Assembly (NCBI GenBank): GCA_013239625.1 | Contig: MU054391.1 | Location: 5,601,824-5,665,823 of the forward strand | Direction: 5' to 3' | Origin: Lama guanicoe | Lineage: Eukaryota | Length of the DNA: 64,000 nt | Part shown: piece by piece, positions 26,905 through 39,684 of the stretch | Layout of the letters: each line of letters begins with the position of its first letter | How positions within the stretch are numbered: position 1 is the stretch's first letter | The notes under the pieces: generated by a model | What the model was told of the DNA's origin: nothing | The model's input: only the letters and a program-made list of their open reading frames with translations | The model's database searches: none | Translations under genes and position numbers: made by a program

Positions 26905-27300
26905 CCCCAGAGTATGGTCTGTTATGCAAGTCTTCCACTACACCCTGTAACTCCAGCTATCTACTTAGCATTCACCATCAAATAAAAACAAAAGCTATGG
27001 TGTCAAGTCTATCATTCCTATCTGCTAGCTGTGTGATCAATACCTTTCCACACCTATCTTGAGGTTAAGGGTTTCATGACTTCTCTTGCTCTAAGTATTA
27101 AAGGCATTCAACCACAGCAATGTACCCCATACCCCTAATACATGACAACCAACAATTACAGTGAGCACCCACATACCCACCACCTAGATCCTACCATTAA
27201 CCTTTTACCATACTGCTTTATCACATACCCATCCATTTCTATTAATTTTTGTGGAAACTAAAGACATCAGTACATGAATATCAGTAACTAGAATTTATTT

Positions 27301-27790
27301 TCTTTTGAAGTAAAATTTATATACAATAAAATGTACAAATGTTAAGTGCATATTTGCTGAGTTCCCACAAATGCATACACCTGTGTAACTCAAATCCATA
27401 TCAACACAAAGAACACACAATCATCACAGAAAGTTTCCTCCTGTCCCTTGCCAGTCAATCCCTGCCTCCATTCCGAGGCCACCACTCTTCTGACTTTTCA
27501 TCCACAGACTACTTCTACTTGTTCTAGAATTTCATATAAATGGAATAACATGTACTTTTTTCACACAAAGCTTCTTCTACATAGCATGTTTTTGACATTC
27601 ATCTATACTGCAGTATGTAGCAGTAGTCCATTCCTTTTTACTGCTGAGTAGTATTCCACAGTATGAATAAACCACTGTTTATTCATGTTCCTACTAGTGG
27701 ATTGTTTCAGTTTTCTGCTCTTAGAACAAAGCTGCTATGGCCATTCTTGTACAGATCTTTCCCTCTTGTGTAAATACCTAAGAGTAGAAT
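27301..27790 (-). mobile_element. Old L1 (L1MC/MD-like) 3' end
   Basis: ttttgaagtaaaatttatatacaataaaatgtaca...tttttactgctgagtagtattcca. Confidence 0.75.
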
Positions 27791-29150
27791 TTCGGGGGGT
27801 GGGATAAAAGGAAGCTTTTCAATTATGGAAAATTTCAAACATACACAGGAGGAGAGAGCACAATATAATGAATTCCCATTAAAGCTAGCTGCAACTATAT
27901 TAATTCATAGACACACTTGTTTCATCTGCACCCCTATCCTTTATTTTGAAGCCCTAGATATCATCATTTTGTCTTTAAACACTTTAATATGTAAACAATG
28001 TTTTAGAATCCAGTCAAATTATTTACTATGAAATATTCAAGAAAACTTCACTGTTGATTTACTCATGGATTAAGAGTTTGATTAAAGGAGAATGGATGGA
28101 CTATAATTTTTTCACGTCTTTTAAATGATGCCTGTTTACCATCCTTCCTTGATATCAAGAAAAGTCAATGGTACAGATAGCTTCTGCTGTTACTCTGAAA
28201 GAACTAGTACTAAATACAAAAACTGGTATTGATATATATCATAAAGCAGATTTCCCAACTGTCAAACTTCTTGAATTAACTCATCTCATGCTATGGTATC
28301 ATCTTATAAGTGAAACTGTATATGAGACTTTTAAAAAAAAAGTCATAACTAGCCTTTTGTGAGAACAAGGTAAGTCCTCATTACATCCAATACTGAACAA
28401 AGAGGTAAATTTTCAAACCCTACAGTCACTAGATTTTTGTTAACCTCAAATAACTGTCTGTGCTGGAGAGGGTAAGGGGAAATGGCCCCTCTCAACAACT
28501 GCTGATGACAGTATAAACATGTACAATCTTTTCAGAGGACTCTCTGGGGGTGAAAAGAAAAAATGCCCATCTTCTGATTTGGAAATTCCATTTCAAGAAA
28601 CTTAACCTAAGTAAATCTCAGCATAAAGCATGCAACAAGGATGTTCTTCCCAATGTTGTTTATAATGGAGAAAAACTATTTACAACCTAAACGTTCAATA
28701 GGGCATTAATATAATCATGCAACTTCCAAATAGACACACGCTACGGGGTTAAACATCCGGAACCACGTATGTCAAACTATTAATAGCAGTTATGAAGGAG
28801 AGGGAGACTATTTGCTGTTCATTAATTTTAACTGCCTCTTCCTAAATAGACCTCACTATAATTACAATTGGATCCTTTTTCTTTGTGCCAAGTTTTTAAA
28901 AGGAAAAAGCTCAGGGCCATGGAGGTAACCCTGAGGTGGAAATCTGAAAGTACAGGACCCACTGAGTAAGTTCCAGAAAGATGAACTGTGGAGTTAAATA
29001 GCATACACACAGAAGTGTCAAAGAAAAAAAAGTGACTTAAGTCTAGACAAAGGGTTCTGACAAAATGCCAACATATTAGTAAGAATCCAAAGGACGGGTA
29101 TTATACCATTCAGTACAACTCAATAATGCTTGTTTTATTTGTGATCTTAC

Positions 29151-29373
29151 CTGGTTTCTCAACCTCAGCATTACTGACATTTTGGGCCAGGTAATTCTTT
29201 GCTATGGGGGATTTTCCTATATATTATGTGATGCTTAGCAGCATTTAGGCTTCTACTCATCATGTTAGTAGCACATCCTCAGTCCCATCCCAGTCCTGAC
29301 AATCAAAAACTGTCTCCAGAGAATCTGCCAAATGTCTCCTGGCAGGTAAATTCACCCCGGTTGAGAACTACTG
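29151..29373 (-). mobile_element. MER20 (hAT-Charlie), near full length
   Basis: Ends ggtttctcaacc ... ccccggttgagaactactg; internal actgacattttgggccaggtaattctttg. Confidence 0.8.
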
Positions 29374-29689
29374 ATCAAAACTTATATGCCTATATGAACA
29401 ATACTCTATTCCATTTCACTCTTTAAAAACAACTCTTGGCTTCAAGGAGCCTATAATCTAAAGGAAAAAATCCAAAAGTTAAGTTTTTTAAATTTTATTT
29501 CAATATCCTGTATATAAGGAAGGCTTCAAAATTACAGGCTGTGTAAGTTTTTTCCACCAGATCTATCTTCCCTCCCTCCTAACTTATAAACATAACATAC
29601 TTATTAAACTATAAATTCCTCAAAACACTGTGATCTTCAGTCAGCCACCATGTTATTTAGGACCAAATGTGTTTCATTTAATTTCATCT

Positions 29690-29900
29690 GGAGTCATACC
29701 ACCTGGGTTCAAATTCTTGCTCTACCACTGCCTTTGTCATGTTGACCAAATTCCTTAAGTTCCTTATGCCCCTGTTTTCTCAACTTTAAAACAGAAATAA
29801 TACTATCAGTCTAGCCAGCGGGAACAAGGTGAATATATCAAGCACTTAAAATAGTGCTTAGTGTATAGTAAATGCCCAATAAATGTTAGTTATTAGCTAT
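29690..29900 (+). mobile_element. MIR
   Basis: cctgggttcaaattcttgctctaccact...agcacttaaaatagtgcttagtgtatagtaaatgcccaataaatgttag. Confidence 0.75.
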
Positions 29901-31469
29901 TATTTTAACTACAAGCCTATAAAGGGCAAGCACCATCATCATCAATTTATAGAGGAAGAAACAGAGGCTGAGAGAAACTTGCCTGTAGTCATAAAATAAA
30001 AACAGCCTGATTCCAGAGGCAATAATTTTTCCACCATGTCAACAGGATTACATTAAGATTCATCAAGAACATCATACCGGTCTTACTTCAAAATAATAAC
30101 CAGCACTAGACATACTTTCATTAAGAAATTAATTTAGAATATAACTAAATTCAAGCATATTACTGAATTAAGATTACAGAGGTTTTACACACCAACATAG
30201 ACAACTTTCAGTTTCTATTTATTTTAAACGTTTCTTAGTTTAAAAAAAAATCCTAACATAGACCGTAGCTTCTAAAATTTTTATATATTATACTGAAGCA
30301 ACCTACTGAAATTAGTCTACTAAGATCATCAACATGCAAGGATAACACGGGGTTGTTTGAGACAGAGGTTATCTTGGTATGCTATTCTCTGAATGCCCTG
30401 TTCTTACTCCAAGGTCACAGACTTTGTAAATGATATTAGTTCCCAAGTCCCAGAAAGGCTTTGTGGACGCTTCTGCTTTCTTCAATTTGCCCTGACTTAA
30501 CAAGTTCTTAACAATTCTTAAACACCCTATTCATGGTTGTAGACACTGCCTGGTTGTCATACGACTTACTAATCTTTTCACTTAAGCTTTGCTATTTCCA
30601 ACACTTCTTGTAGGATCACCAATGACTTCTGCATCATCATTTCCATAAGACATTTCACTAAGGTCATTCGTTTTTCAACATTTTTTAAACTGATGACATA
30701 TCTTCGACCTGGATTTTAAAAACTACTCATTTTACAGCTGGAAGTCAGAGCACAAGTACAATGACTAAGACCATATAACTTTATAGTTTCAAAATACCTG
30801 AACTGGAAGAGACTTGGAAATTTTAGCCCAACCCTCTGGTTTCACAAATGACAGAGAGACAGACATAACTTGGTGATATCTTCTTTAATTTCTCTCAAAT
30901 TCTACTAAGATTTTGGTCTTGGTCATTTGGGTCCTGTTAATCTCCTTTGCTCTTTATACTACTTTTTCATATTTTGACATTTTTTACTGCCTCAGTAACC
31001 TCTTTCAAAACAGTGATTATAAAAAGGGTTAAGAGTTGTCCACCATGTTCATTTTGAGTAAATGTTTCAAATAATTTCAGCCTCAATCTACTCTATGAAA
31101 GGGAAAGAGGTTGAGAATCTTTGGCTATTAAAGACCAAAATTCTGCAGTATCCATGTTACTCTTTTAGTAGCTATATAACAAGTCAGTTTCACCTACTAC
31201 CTCCATACCAAATTCTCCTTCTTGTTCACCAAAAGGGGGGGGGAAAAAAAAGGAAAAAAAACTAGCTTTAGCATTTATGTTCAGCAACTTTAGATTTCAT
31301 TCTTCTTTCCCCATTATTTTGATAGACTTCTTATTAAATCACTATTTTACCAATTATCAGACTCTGGTTCACTAGTCTATCACTTATCAGTTCAGATTAC
31401 AAACTGGTAATCAGCACTAAAACCATGAATTCTAGATGCTGCCACAGGCACACCATTCAAAAACCTTCA

Positions 31470-31910
31470 ATGCCTTCCCCACTGTCATTCAAACGAAGAA
31501 AATTCCTTCTGACATTCTCTTATATAGTCCCTACCTTCCATTACAGGCTTTTCTCCTCAACAGCTCTACACATATTCTGCTCTTCACACAGAAACCTCCA
31601 TGAATTAGGTCTGTCCTGTATATTCCTTCTGCTTGGAATATTGATACCCTCAACCCCCAAATTCTCCTCCCTCAATGCTCATTCTAAAAGTCACCCTTTG
31701 TGAACCCTTTCCTGAGGTTTCTGTTTCCACTGAACTACACAGCACTTTGTTTATGACCATCTTAAGGGAATTATATATCACTTATATTCGCATATTTCTC
31801 ATACTCACTCCTTATCGTAAATTACTGGAGGACAAAACCTATGGTTCTCAGCTTTGTTCTTCCCCGTGCTGCTTAGCACAATGCCCTACACATGGCATTA
31901 AGTCACAATT
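31470..31910 (+). mobile_element. L2 fragment
   Basis: ccttcaatgccttcccactg...ttccttctgcttggaat...gcttagcacaatgcctacacatgg. Confidence 0.55.
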
Positions 31911-33866
31911 AGTTTCTTAAGCCATTTTACTAATAAAAATATTTTATTTATGCCTTGGTGTCTAATTAATCAAGTTTAACTCTTCTATTTCACTCAGTAT
32001 ATACGTGTGTGTATATATAGACATATAGTATTTTTTAAACCCTATCCTAATTTCAGGGGTTCTCTCCTACTGAAATGATCTGTTTGGAAAGTCTACTGTA
32101 ATATACCTGATCCCTCTTTTAAGTCACTTATCAATTAAGCAAACTCCTCCACTTACGCCATCATAAAAACTGAAATTTTTAAGGGCCACAAAATAAAAAA
32201 CATTCCCAGCTAACTTGTCAGAGAACCAGAAAAATTCTGTAGTAATTCTGAATTGCTGCAAGGTAAGTAACAAACTGTAAAGTAGTAACAGAACAGAAAA
32301 AGAGACTGAAATACGCTATGAGAGCACCCCAACATAACACACGTATAGAAAAGCTTCTCCGTAACCTATGGAGTTCTTTTGAGTCTTCCTTGATAACAGA
32401 ATGGATGTTGTCAATAACCATTACCATATGTGACTGAAGTATACCATCACTTTCAAGTAGCAAATTTTTTGAATATAAGCAATTCTAGTTCAAAAAGCTT
32501 CTCTAAGTACCTCCTCTATGCTACGCAGGTAGTGGAAGCTAAGACACAGATGAACAGAGTCTCGCCTACATAAAGTAAGTAATCTCAATAAAGTTTTCTC
32601 TACTTCTTACACTCTCTGCATTGCTTTCTTTGTGCTTTTAAACCAGCTCTCTCCATCAGCCATGATTTTGTTCAGATCACGTGTTATCTGTACTGGAAAA
32701 CTGTTCAGATCACCTGTTATCTATACAGGAATAGGTGAAAGAAAAAAAAATACTGCTTCACGAATCTGATGGAGCAAGAAAGACAAAGGCTGCAAGAGAA
32801 AGAGGCATTTCCCCCCTATTCTCTCTTGAAAAATCATCAATCTAGCATGCTTTCTTTCAAAGCCCACCTGAAATACAACACGGAACAAACACATCAAAAA
32901 TCAGAAGGCCCCTTGTCAGAATGGCACTTTAAAAAGACAACCACATCAGGTATTTCACATTTTAACACAGAAAAGACTCTTTGCAGTATTAAAATACTCC
33001 GGGAGATAATCCTGGTATTTAAATTTTAAAACCTTATCTTACTGATCAAAAGATCCATACAATGACAAAGCTAAAAATGTTCACTCTCACTAACAAGGGT
33101 GAATCACAGCAGTCACCCTACTCCACCCAATAGCCACCGTGCTCAGACTAGACAGGTCAAAACCTGGAAAGCTTTCCTTGCTTTCACATCAGATATGAAC
33201 TCATTTCAACACATTAGTATTTAAGTGGAGCTATGTAATAGCAAAGAAATGTTATCAAATACTGAAATTTACCAGGACATTTTATTCTTTTGATTTAGCT
33301 CAGCCTTTTTCACGAACTCTCCCTTCCTTGTTTTTAACAAGAAAAAAGCTCAAAAGACATCCTTTAAAGACGAAGTATCTCTTCAGATTTTCGAAGTAAA
33401 TTTCCATTACTAGGTTTGGGAGGAAAACCGGCTTACACACGTTGTCTATAGAAAAGGTGACAGTACCTTCTTTCAAATGAAACCAGAAGCCTAGAAATTG
33501 ATTAAATACGTGTATAAAAGGTTCCCAGACCTCCTCAGTAAACTCAAAAACGATTTTCAGCCTTGTACAAACCCACTAGCATGTTTCAAAGTTATGTGAT
33601 GTGGCAGCAACCAGCATCTAGGAAAAATCTACTTACTGCTGGGGGAAAAAAAGCAGCTCCTTGATCTCAAGAACCGAAATAACACATTAAGGAGGCCAAG
33701 GCTAACAGTCTCAAACTCTCTACGTCGACGGACAATTAGGCAAGCCCCGGCTCCCGTTCCGTCCCGGCCCCCGTGAAATTCTAATGAAAGGCCGCACACA
33801 AAGGGGCCTCTGGGTCCCAAACGCCCTACTCCCCGGCTCCCGCCGCCCGGCCAACCGCAGACTCAC

Positions 33867-34160
33867 CAGGACCGTGGTACAGATGGACCTCAGCTCGGAC
33901 TCCACTTTCTCCCGATAGTCCTTAATCAGCTGCAACTTCTTGTCGGAGGTGTCCGTTTTCTGCTCGATACTCGAGATGACCCTCCAGGCGGACCTGCGGC
34001 CCCCGACCACGTTCTTGTAGGCCACCGAGAGCAGGTTGCGCTCCTCGTTGGACAGCTCGGCGCCCTGCTCCGTCACGGCCTTCATGCAGGTGGCCATGTC
34101 GTCGTAGCGCTCGGCCTGCTCGGCCAGCTTGGCCTTCTGGATCAGCTCCGTCTTCTCCAT
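33867..34160 (-). CDS. YWHAQ: 14-3-3 protein theta, coding exon 1 (gene exon 2), [29 protein letters not shown]...[10 protein letters not shown]
   Basis: ATG at 34160-34158; 98 codons match the 14-3-3 theta N-terminus; ends CTG|GTGAGT donor; 294 nt, phase 0. Confidence 0.98.
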
Positions 34161-34224
34161 GGGGACGGGGACAGGAGAACGAGGACGAGCACCGACCCGG
34201 ATCGCGAGCAGGCGTGCGGGGGGC
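34161..34224 (-). other. YWHAQ: 5' UTR part of YWHAQ exon 2
   Basis: C-rich tract ending CCCTCCCGCAG| acceptor at 34227-34225, 64 nt upstream of the ATG. Confidence 0.75.
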
Positions 34225-34626
34225 CTGCGGGAGGGCGGCGGGCGGGGACGCGGGCAGAAGGGCGGGGGCGGCGCCGTCAGACAATGCGCCCGCCGCCCCG
34301 CCGCCCGCCCGCAGCCCCTTTTGTCTGTCGCCGCACGCGCGGCCCAGTTGAATTTCCCTCCCCCGCCCACGCTCCCCGCGGGGCGCCCGGGAGGCCGGGG
34401 GACGCCCGCCGAGGCGGCCCGCGGCGGGAGAAAAAGGATGAGGAAGAAGGGCCGCTCCTGTTCCCGCCCGGCCCAAAATGGAAGCGGCCGTTGGCCCGCA
34501 CCTTCCCGCCGGAGCGGTCCCTGAGGAGAGCGGCGAAGAGGCCTGTCGCCCCCAGGGGCTGGCCTCCCGCCCGGCCCTCAGGCCCGGCCAGACCCGAGGA
34601 GGGCCGAGGGCGACCCTGGCGCTCAC

Positions 34627-34740
34627 CTTCACGTCTCCGCGGCCGCGGCGCGAGTCCCACCACTTTGATCCGCTTTTGGCTTTAGCCGAGGACCCTCCCG
34701 TCTCAGCCTACCTCGGAGCCGAGAGGCGGACCGCCGGGCT
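34627..34740 (-). other. YWHAQ: Non-coding exon 1 of YWHAQ (5' end approximate)
   Basis: GGAGACGTGAAG|GTGAGC donor at 34626; resembles the mammalian YWHAQ 5' UTR as I recall it; TSS inferred from CCAAT/GC boxes just upstream. Confidence 0.75.
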
Positions 34741-34760
34741 ACTGCCCTCGCTCCCACCAC

Positions 34761-34989
34761 CCAATGACGCGCCGAGCTGCCTTGGAGAGTCCCGCCTCCC
34801 GTCCTGCTACTGACCAATCAGGACTGAGCGCGCGGAAGGGGGCGAAGGGGGCGGGGCGAGAGGGGAAGCGAAGGCTAGGAGGGTGGGTCGGCTTGGGCAA
34901 GTTCGGTTGGCCGGCAGGCTGCGGCTTCGGCCACGGGGTTTCCTCCAATTAGATCCAGGGTAAAAGGACGTCACTGTTGCCATGGCGAT
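34761..34989. promoter_or_regulatory. TATA-less proximal promoter: CCAAT boxes (34761, 34814, 34945), GC boxes (34791, ~34847), CRE-like GACGTCA (34967), RFX X-box-like GTTGCCATGGCGAT (34976-34989)
   Basis: Motifs read directly from the sequence, just upstream of exon 1; binding is inferred. Confidence 0.7.
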
Positions 34990-36879
34990 GCTGTTACCAA
35001 CTCCCCTCATCCTCCCCGCCACCCCCGGCACTCGTGGGTGCGGCACGGGAGCGGGAGGCTCGCATGACCTCTCCGGCCGTGGCCGCGGCTCCTGCTGCAG
35101 CACCGTTGCAAATGGTGCATTGCATCTTAGGGGCTAATGCAGCTACTGCTGTCGTCGGCCCCAGTGAGGTCGAGCCTGAGAGGGTGACACCATAAGCTGT
35201 TTTGTTGCACAAGCGCCTTTCTTTCCTCCACCTTCCTATTCGTGACAAAAGGTTTGGAGCTCAGTACACTGATACCAGCCTTTAATTACATTGCGATGAG
35301 TGCTGCAAATTAGAAGTAATCCTATCACCATTAAAGATAAATTAGTTCCAGGAGAAAGTGGCCTAAGAGTGGGTTTTACACAATAAATTCGTTTTCAGAC
35401 GGGCCCCTAAAACCTGGAATTCCCTTGGAAAATATCCCCCGAAAGTCTAGGCAGGTCTCTCTGGCAATGCCAAATATTATGATTTTCTTTAAAATAGGAA
35501 AAGCCATTAAGGATAATTTGGAGAAAAACACCCATTCAAGCCACCCCTCCCCCCAAATAGCAACTTTTTATATTTCTCTCCAGCTTTTCCAGGCATCTAA
35601 GTACCTATTTTTCACATCATTGCTGTCTTATGTAAACATGCTTTTTTATTTTCTGGTGTTATTTTTGAGAGGACACTTGTAAAGCTAAACATCTCTCTGT
35701 AGATGTTGACTTGTGACTTTCTCCTGGTGAACACCCTTCTGAAATGAAAATGATGGCCCCAGATGCCTTTTATTCAGGGTCATTGCTAGCCCTTTACTTT
35801 CTCTATAAACCGGGCACTCCCAGCCACTCCCTTCTCTCCTGGCACCTCTCCAGTGCCTGACTCCAAATAAGGTGGCTGTCCTGGGTGTCTGGAAAGTGGC
35901 CTTTGTGTCATCGTAAGATGAAAACTGCCTTCTGGGCTCAGGCTGCCATAATTCCAGTTCCAGCATGTCCAAGCGAGAATGGATCATTGAAAGCAAAGAA
36001 TGCTACAGCCGAGAAAGAACTTCAAATTCTGACTGGAGACAGTAGCAGATCTGGAAACTGTCTAGAATGGAAGATCTGAGTGCAGACAGATGGCAGGAGA
36101 AGGTGTGGACTTTCCAGAAATCCAAACTCCGTCCCAGTGGCCCCTCCCTGTCCTAACTTGTAAAGGTTGCTTTGTGCTTTGATGGACAGGAGAGGCCTGG
36201 GCTGAAAAGGGCTCGCGTCTTAATGCAGAAATGCCTAACTATGTTCCAGCGTTCTAATGGAGGGCCATGCTGTTATTTCTGGAATCCCTGGGGTTGTAGA
36301 CACCCGAGTATTTATGGCCATGTGGGCTGGGGTGGAGCTGAACACCAAGAAATCCCAATGGAAAGAATTTGCATGTGGAAGGGCAGATAAAATGCTTTCT
36401 GTATGACCAGTGAATTTCAAGCTTACTGAAATTGGAGACAGCCCAGGCCAGAGGGAGAAACCAGTGGTAGTGAATGGGGGATGGAGACCCTTGAGCAGAA
36501 CTGTCCTGGGAACTGAACCCTAGTGGTAGGGAAGGAGGGTAGGGGCAAGCACACTAATTCTCTGTCAGAAAGTCTGAGCTGTACTGCCATCTCCCAAGGT
36601 GACCTTGGGCAAGTTTCTGCTGCTCTTTGTAACTCGGTCTCTAAAATTTCTGCTTTTATCCAATCATCAAATATTTATTGAGTATCAACTCATGTAGTTA
36701 CAATCATCTAGAGTCATGGGTGAAAACTGCTTGGAAACAATGGCACACTTGGAAACTGTAAAGTCCCCATTTATGTGGGACCAGAGGGGTAAGTCATACC
36801 TAAAGTCCTCTGCACCTGAAAGAACTCAGTTGGAGAAAATTAAAGCTCTGGGGAGTTGAAGTCACTGGATACATAAAGA

Positions 36880-37110
36880 GCTTAATACTTATTGAGTGAT
36901 TACGTGTGTCAACCACTATTTTAAGTCTTTTGCAAATATTAACTCACGTAATCTGCTCGATGCCACTGTGAAGTAGGTACCATTATCATCACCGTCTCCA
37001 TTTCACAGGTAAAGAAATTGAGGCACAGGGAGGTTGAGGATTGTGCACAGTGTCGAACAGCTAGTGGATAGCAGACCTATGCACGCAGTCTGGGCACCAG
37101 AGCCCATCCC
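36880..37110 (-). mobile_element. MIR
   Basis: acttattgagtgattac...ccatttcacaggtaaagaaattgaggcacagggagg. Confidence 0.78.
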
Positions 37111-37369
37111 TGTAACGGCTCTGCCAGACCTTTGCTTGGTGCTGGAGGGACTCTGGGAAAGATCACACTAGTCTCCATTCTCTGAGGGTTTCATCCCAGT
37201 AAATATGAAACGTGTTAAACATTCACATCCAATGTGCTGGAAAGAACTCTAGGGAATAGACAACTAACAAAAAAAGGACCCAGAAGTTCTTCCATTATTT
37301 GTTTGATGTTCTTGTTCTTTTTTCTCAATTGTCTGGTGAAAAGAAGCCGCTGGAGCAGGAGGGAGCACA

Positions 37370-37560
37370 CTGAACTTGAAGCCAGAAGATCCTCTCAATC
37401 CCAGCTCTGCCGGTTATTTGCGGTTTGACCTTGAACACTATGATCCTCTCTGAATCTCAGTTTCCTAACCTGTAAAAATAACCCCTACCCGAAGGGCTTG
37501 TGGAGCTGTCACACAGAACAGTGCTGGGCACATAGCAAGTGTTCAGTAAGTATTAGTTTT
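37370..37560 (+). mobile_element. MIR
   Basis: aatcccagctctgcc...ctctgaatctcagtttcctaacctgtaaaa...gtgctgggcacatagcaagtgttcagtaa. Confidence 0.72.
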
Positions 37561-38680
37561 TCCCTTCTTTCCCTCTGCTTGGTGGTAAAGTGCAGGGGGA
37601 GGGAGGGAGATATCTGTCCTGCTGTAAGGAGCCTCAGAGCCTTATAAAAAGTTAGTGAAGGCTTATCTCTTAAATCACTGTTGTAATTAGGGAGTTAATT
37701 GTCTGCAGAATGGCCACGTTCAGTGTACATTTCAGAATGAATGAGTCCTTCTGGTTGAGTTTACTCTCATCAATTGTTTCAGTGGTTTATTTGCCCACAG
37801 CAGTGGGTCATTGGAGAGGAACTTCTTCCTCTCCTGCCATATGGCAGATAGTTCACTGACAAACAAACATTCCAGTGGGACTTTTCATTGCAAATTTCCA
37901 TATAATGATTATCAATAATTCTGTTCAGTGGGTAGCTGAAAAGTTGTCCCCATTATCCACTCCACCTGGAGGAGCTAAGTGAGATTCAGTTAGAGCCAGG
38001 ACAGGCGGGGAAATCAAAGGAGTCCAATCAGGGAAAGGTTTTCCTTCACATTCCTTTGCTGGGGGCTGGGGTCAGGCCTACAGAACTCAGGCGTGCAGTG
38101 GGCCAGGTTCATTCTCACCATCTGCAGGCATCCCCCTGTGCTCACCAGTGTCTCATTCCTGGCACCTCCTAGATACCCCTTGGCGACACATTTGTTTTCC
38201 AGCTCTCACTGTGTGCTCTCAGGGAAAAAAAAACTAATCAAAACTAAACAAAAAAATCTAATTAAATCATCCCATCCTTAAAAAATAGGTCTTCAAGCAA
38301 TATTCCTTCTGCCACAATTTGCATTTCAAGAGGGAAGAAAGATCTTATGTTTGAAGAATAAAAGTTCACTGGCAGAATTTCAGCCAATCTGAACCAGTTT
38401 TTGGTCTGCTGGCCTCTTGGAGAAGGGCTCCAGCATTTCCTATATGCCAGGCAAGAGTATTTTTTTTTTCAAAGCTTGATTGTTTTTTTGATGATGGTAA
38501 TGTTAATAAAAAATACAATAGCACTCATTATACAAAACAATGAAATAATATATAAATGTACAAAGGAGAGTAAAAAGAACCTGAGAGGCTGCCTCTGCAA
38601 GGGAACCACCATGGGCATTTTATTGACCTCCTTCCAGATGTAGCTTTTTTCATATGGACACATTCATATGGTTTTACATA

Positions 38681-38966
38681 TGCAGGTGGGCCACATCTAA
38701 TCAGCTGAAGGCCTGACTAGAACAAAAAGAATGGTCTCACCCTAGCAAGTGAGAATTCTCCAGCAGACGGCCTTTGGACTTCATCTGCAACATCAGCTCT
38801 CCCTGGGTCTACAACAGACAACCTTCAGATGCAAATGAAAATATCAGTTTTCCTACGTCTCCAACCTGCAAGCCCAACCACAAATTTTGGACTTGTTATT
38901 CCTTATAAGAAATCCTTAAACATATATGTGATGCATATTCTCTTTCTCTGGGAAATCGTTACTAAC
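38681..38966 (+). mobile_element. MLT2 (ERVL) LTR fragment
   Basis: gtgggccacatctaatcagctgaaggcctgactagaacaaaaag...cagcagacggcctttggacttcatctgcaacatcagctctccctggg. Confidence 0.75.
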
Positions 38967-39078
38967 ACTTTCATTCAACAAATGATATGATATCTTTTAC
39001 TAACTTTTAGTGTATGTCTGTGACATATCAGTCTCACCTCCCTCTTTTGCCAGACTGTGCATTTCCTGAGGGTAAGGG

Positions 39079-39684
39079 TTTTTTTTTGAATTGAGTATAG
39101 TTGATTTTCAATGTTCTGTTAATTTCTGGTGTACGGCATAGTAATTTATTTATATATATATTTCTTTTCATATTCTTTTTCATTATAGGCCATTACAAGA
39201 TATTGAATATGTAGTGGTTAGTATCTACAAATCTCAAACTCCTAATTTCTCCCTCCCATTCCCTTTCCCTCTGTAACCATAACTTTGTTTTCTATGTCTG
39301 AGTCTGTTTCTATTTTGTAAATAAGTTCATTTGTGTTCTTTTTTTTAAGATTCCATATACAAGTGATATCATATGGTATTTTTCTTTCTCTTTCTGGCTT
39401 ACTTCACTTAGAATGATGATCTCCAGGTCTATCCATGTTGTTACAAACGGCATTACTTTATTCTTTTTTATGACTGAGTAGTATTCCACTGTGTGTGTGT
39501 GTGTGTCTGTGTGTGTGTGTCTGTGTGTGTCTGTGTGTGTGTGTATTACATCTTCTTTATCTATTTATCTGTCAATGGACATTTAGGTTGCCTCCATGTC
39601 TTAGCTATTGTAAATAGTGCTGCTATGAACATTGAGGTCCATGTATCTTTTAGACTTAGAGTTTCCTCTGAACATATGCCCAGA
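39079..39684 (-). mobile_element. Artiodactyl L1 3' end (~600 bp)
   Basis: poly-T, antisense 3' UTR and ORF2 end (ttagctattgtaaatagtgctgctatgaacattg). Confidence 0.88.
39490..39544. repeat. Interrupted (TG)n microsatellite inside L1
   Basis: Direct reading. Confidence 0.95.

Larger units (their letters stand above)
33720..35175. promoter_or_regulatory. CpG island spanning the YWHAQ promoter, exon 1, intron 1 and exon 2
   Basis: Abrupt switch to very GC- and CpG-rich sequence within an AT-rich background. Confidence 0.93.

Noticed and set aside
33720..34370. 216-aa ORF suggesting an N-terminally extended 14-3-3
   Set aside because: It runs through intron 1 and into intron 2. In the predicted spliced mRNA an in-frame TGA (ACG TGA AG|) lies 69 nt upstream of the ATG, and the in-frame CTG in exon 2 has weak context
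33922..35248. Overlapping Arg/Pro/Gly-rich ORFs on both strands
   Set aside because: Expected from stop-codon scarcity in a CpG island; no recognisable protein
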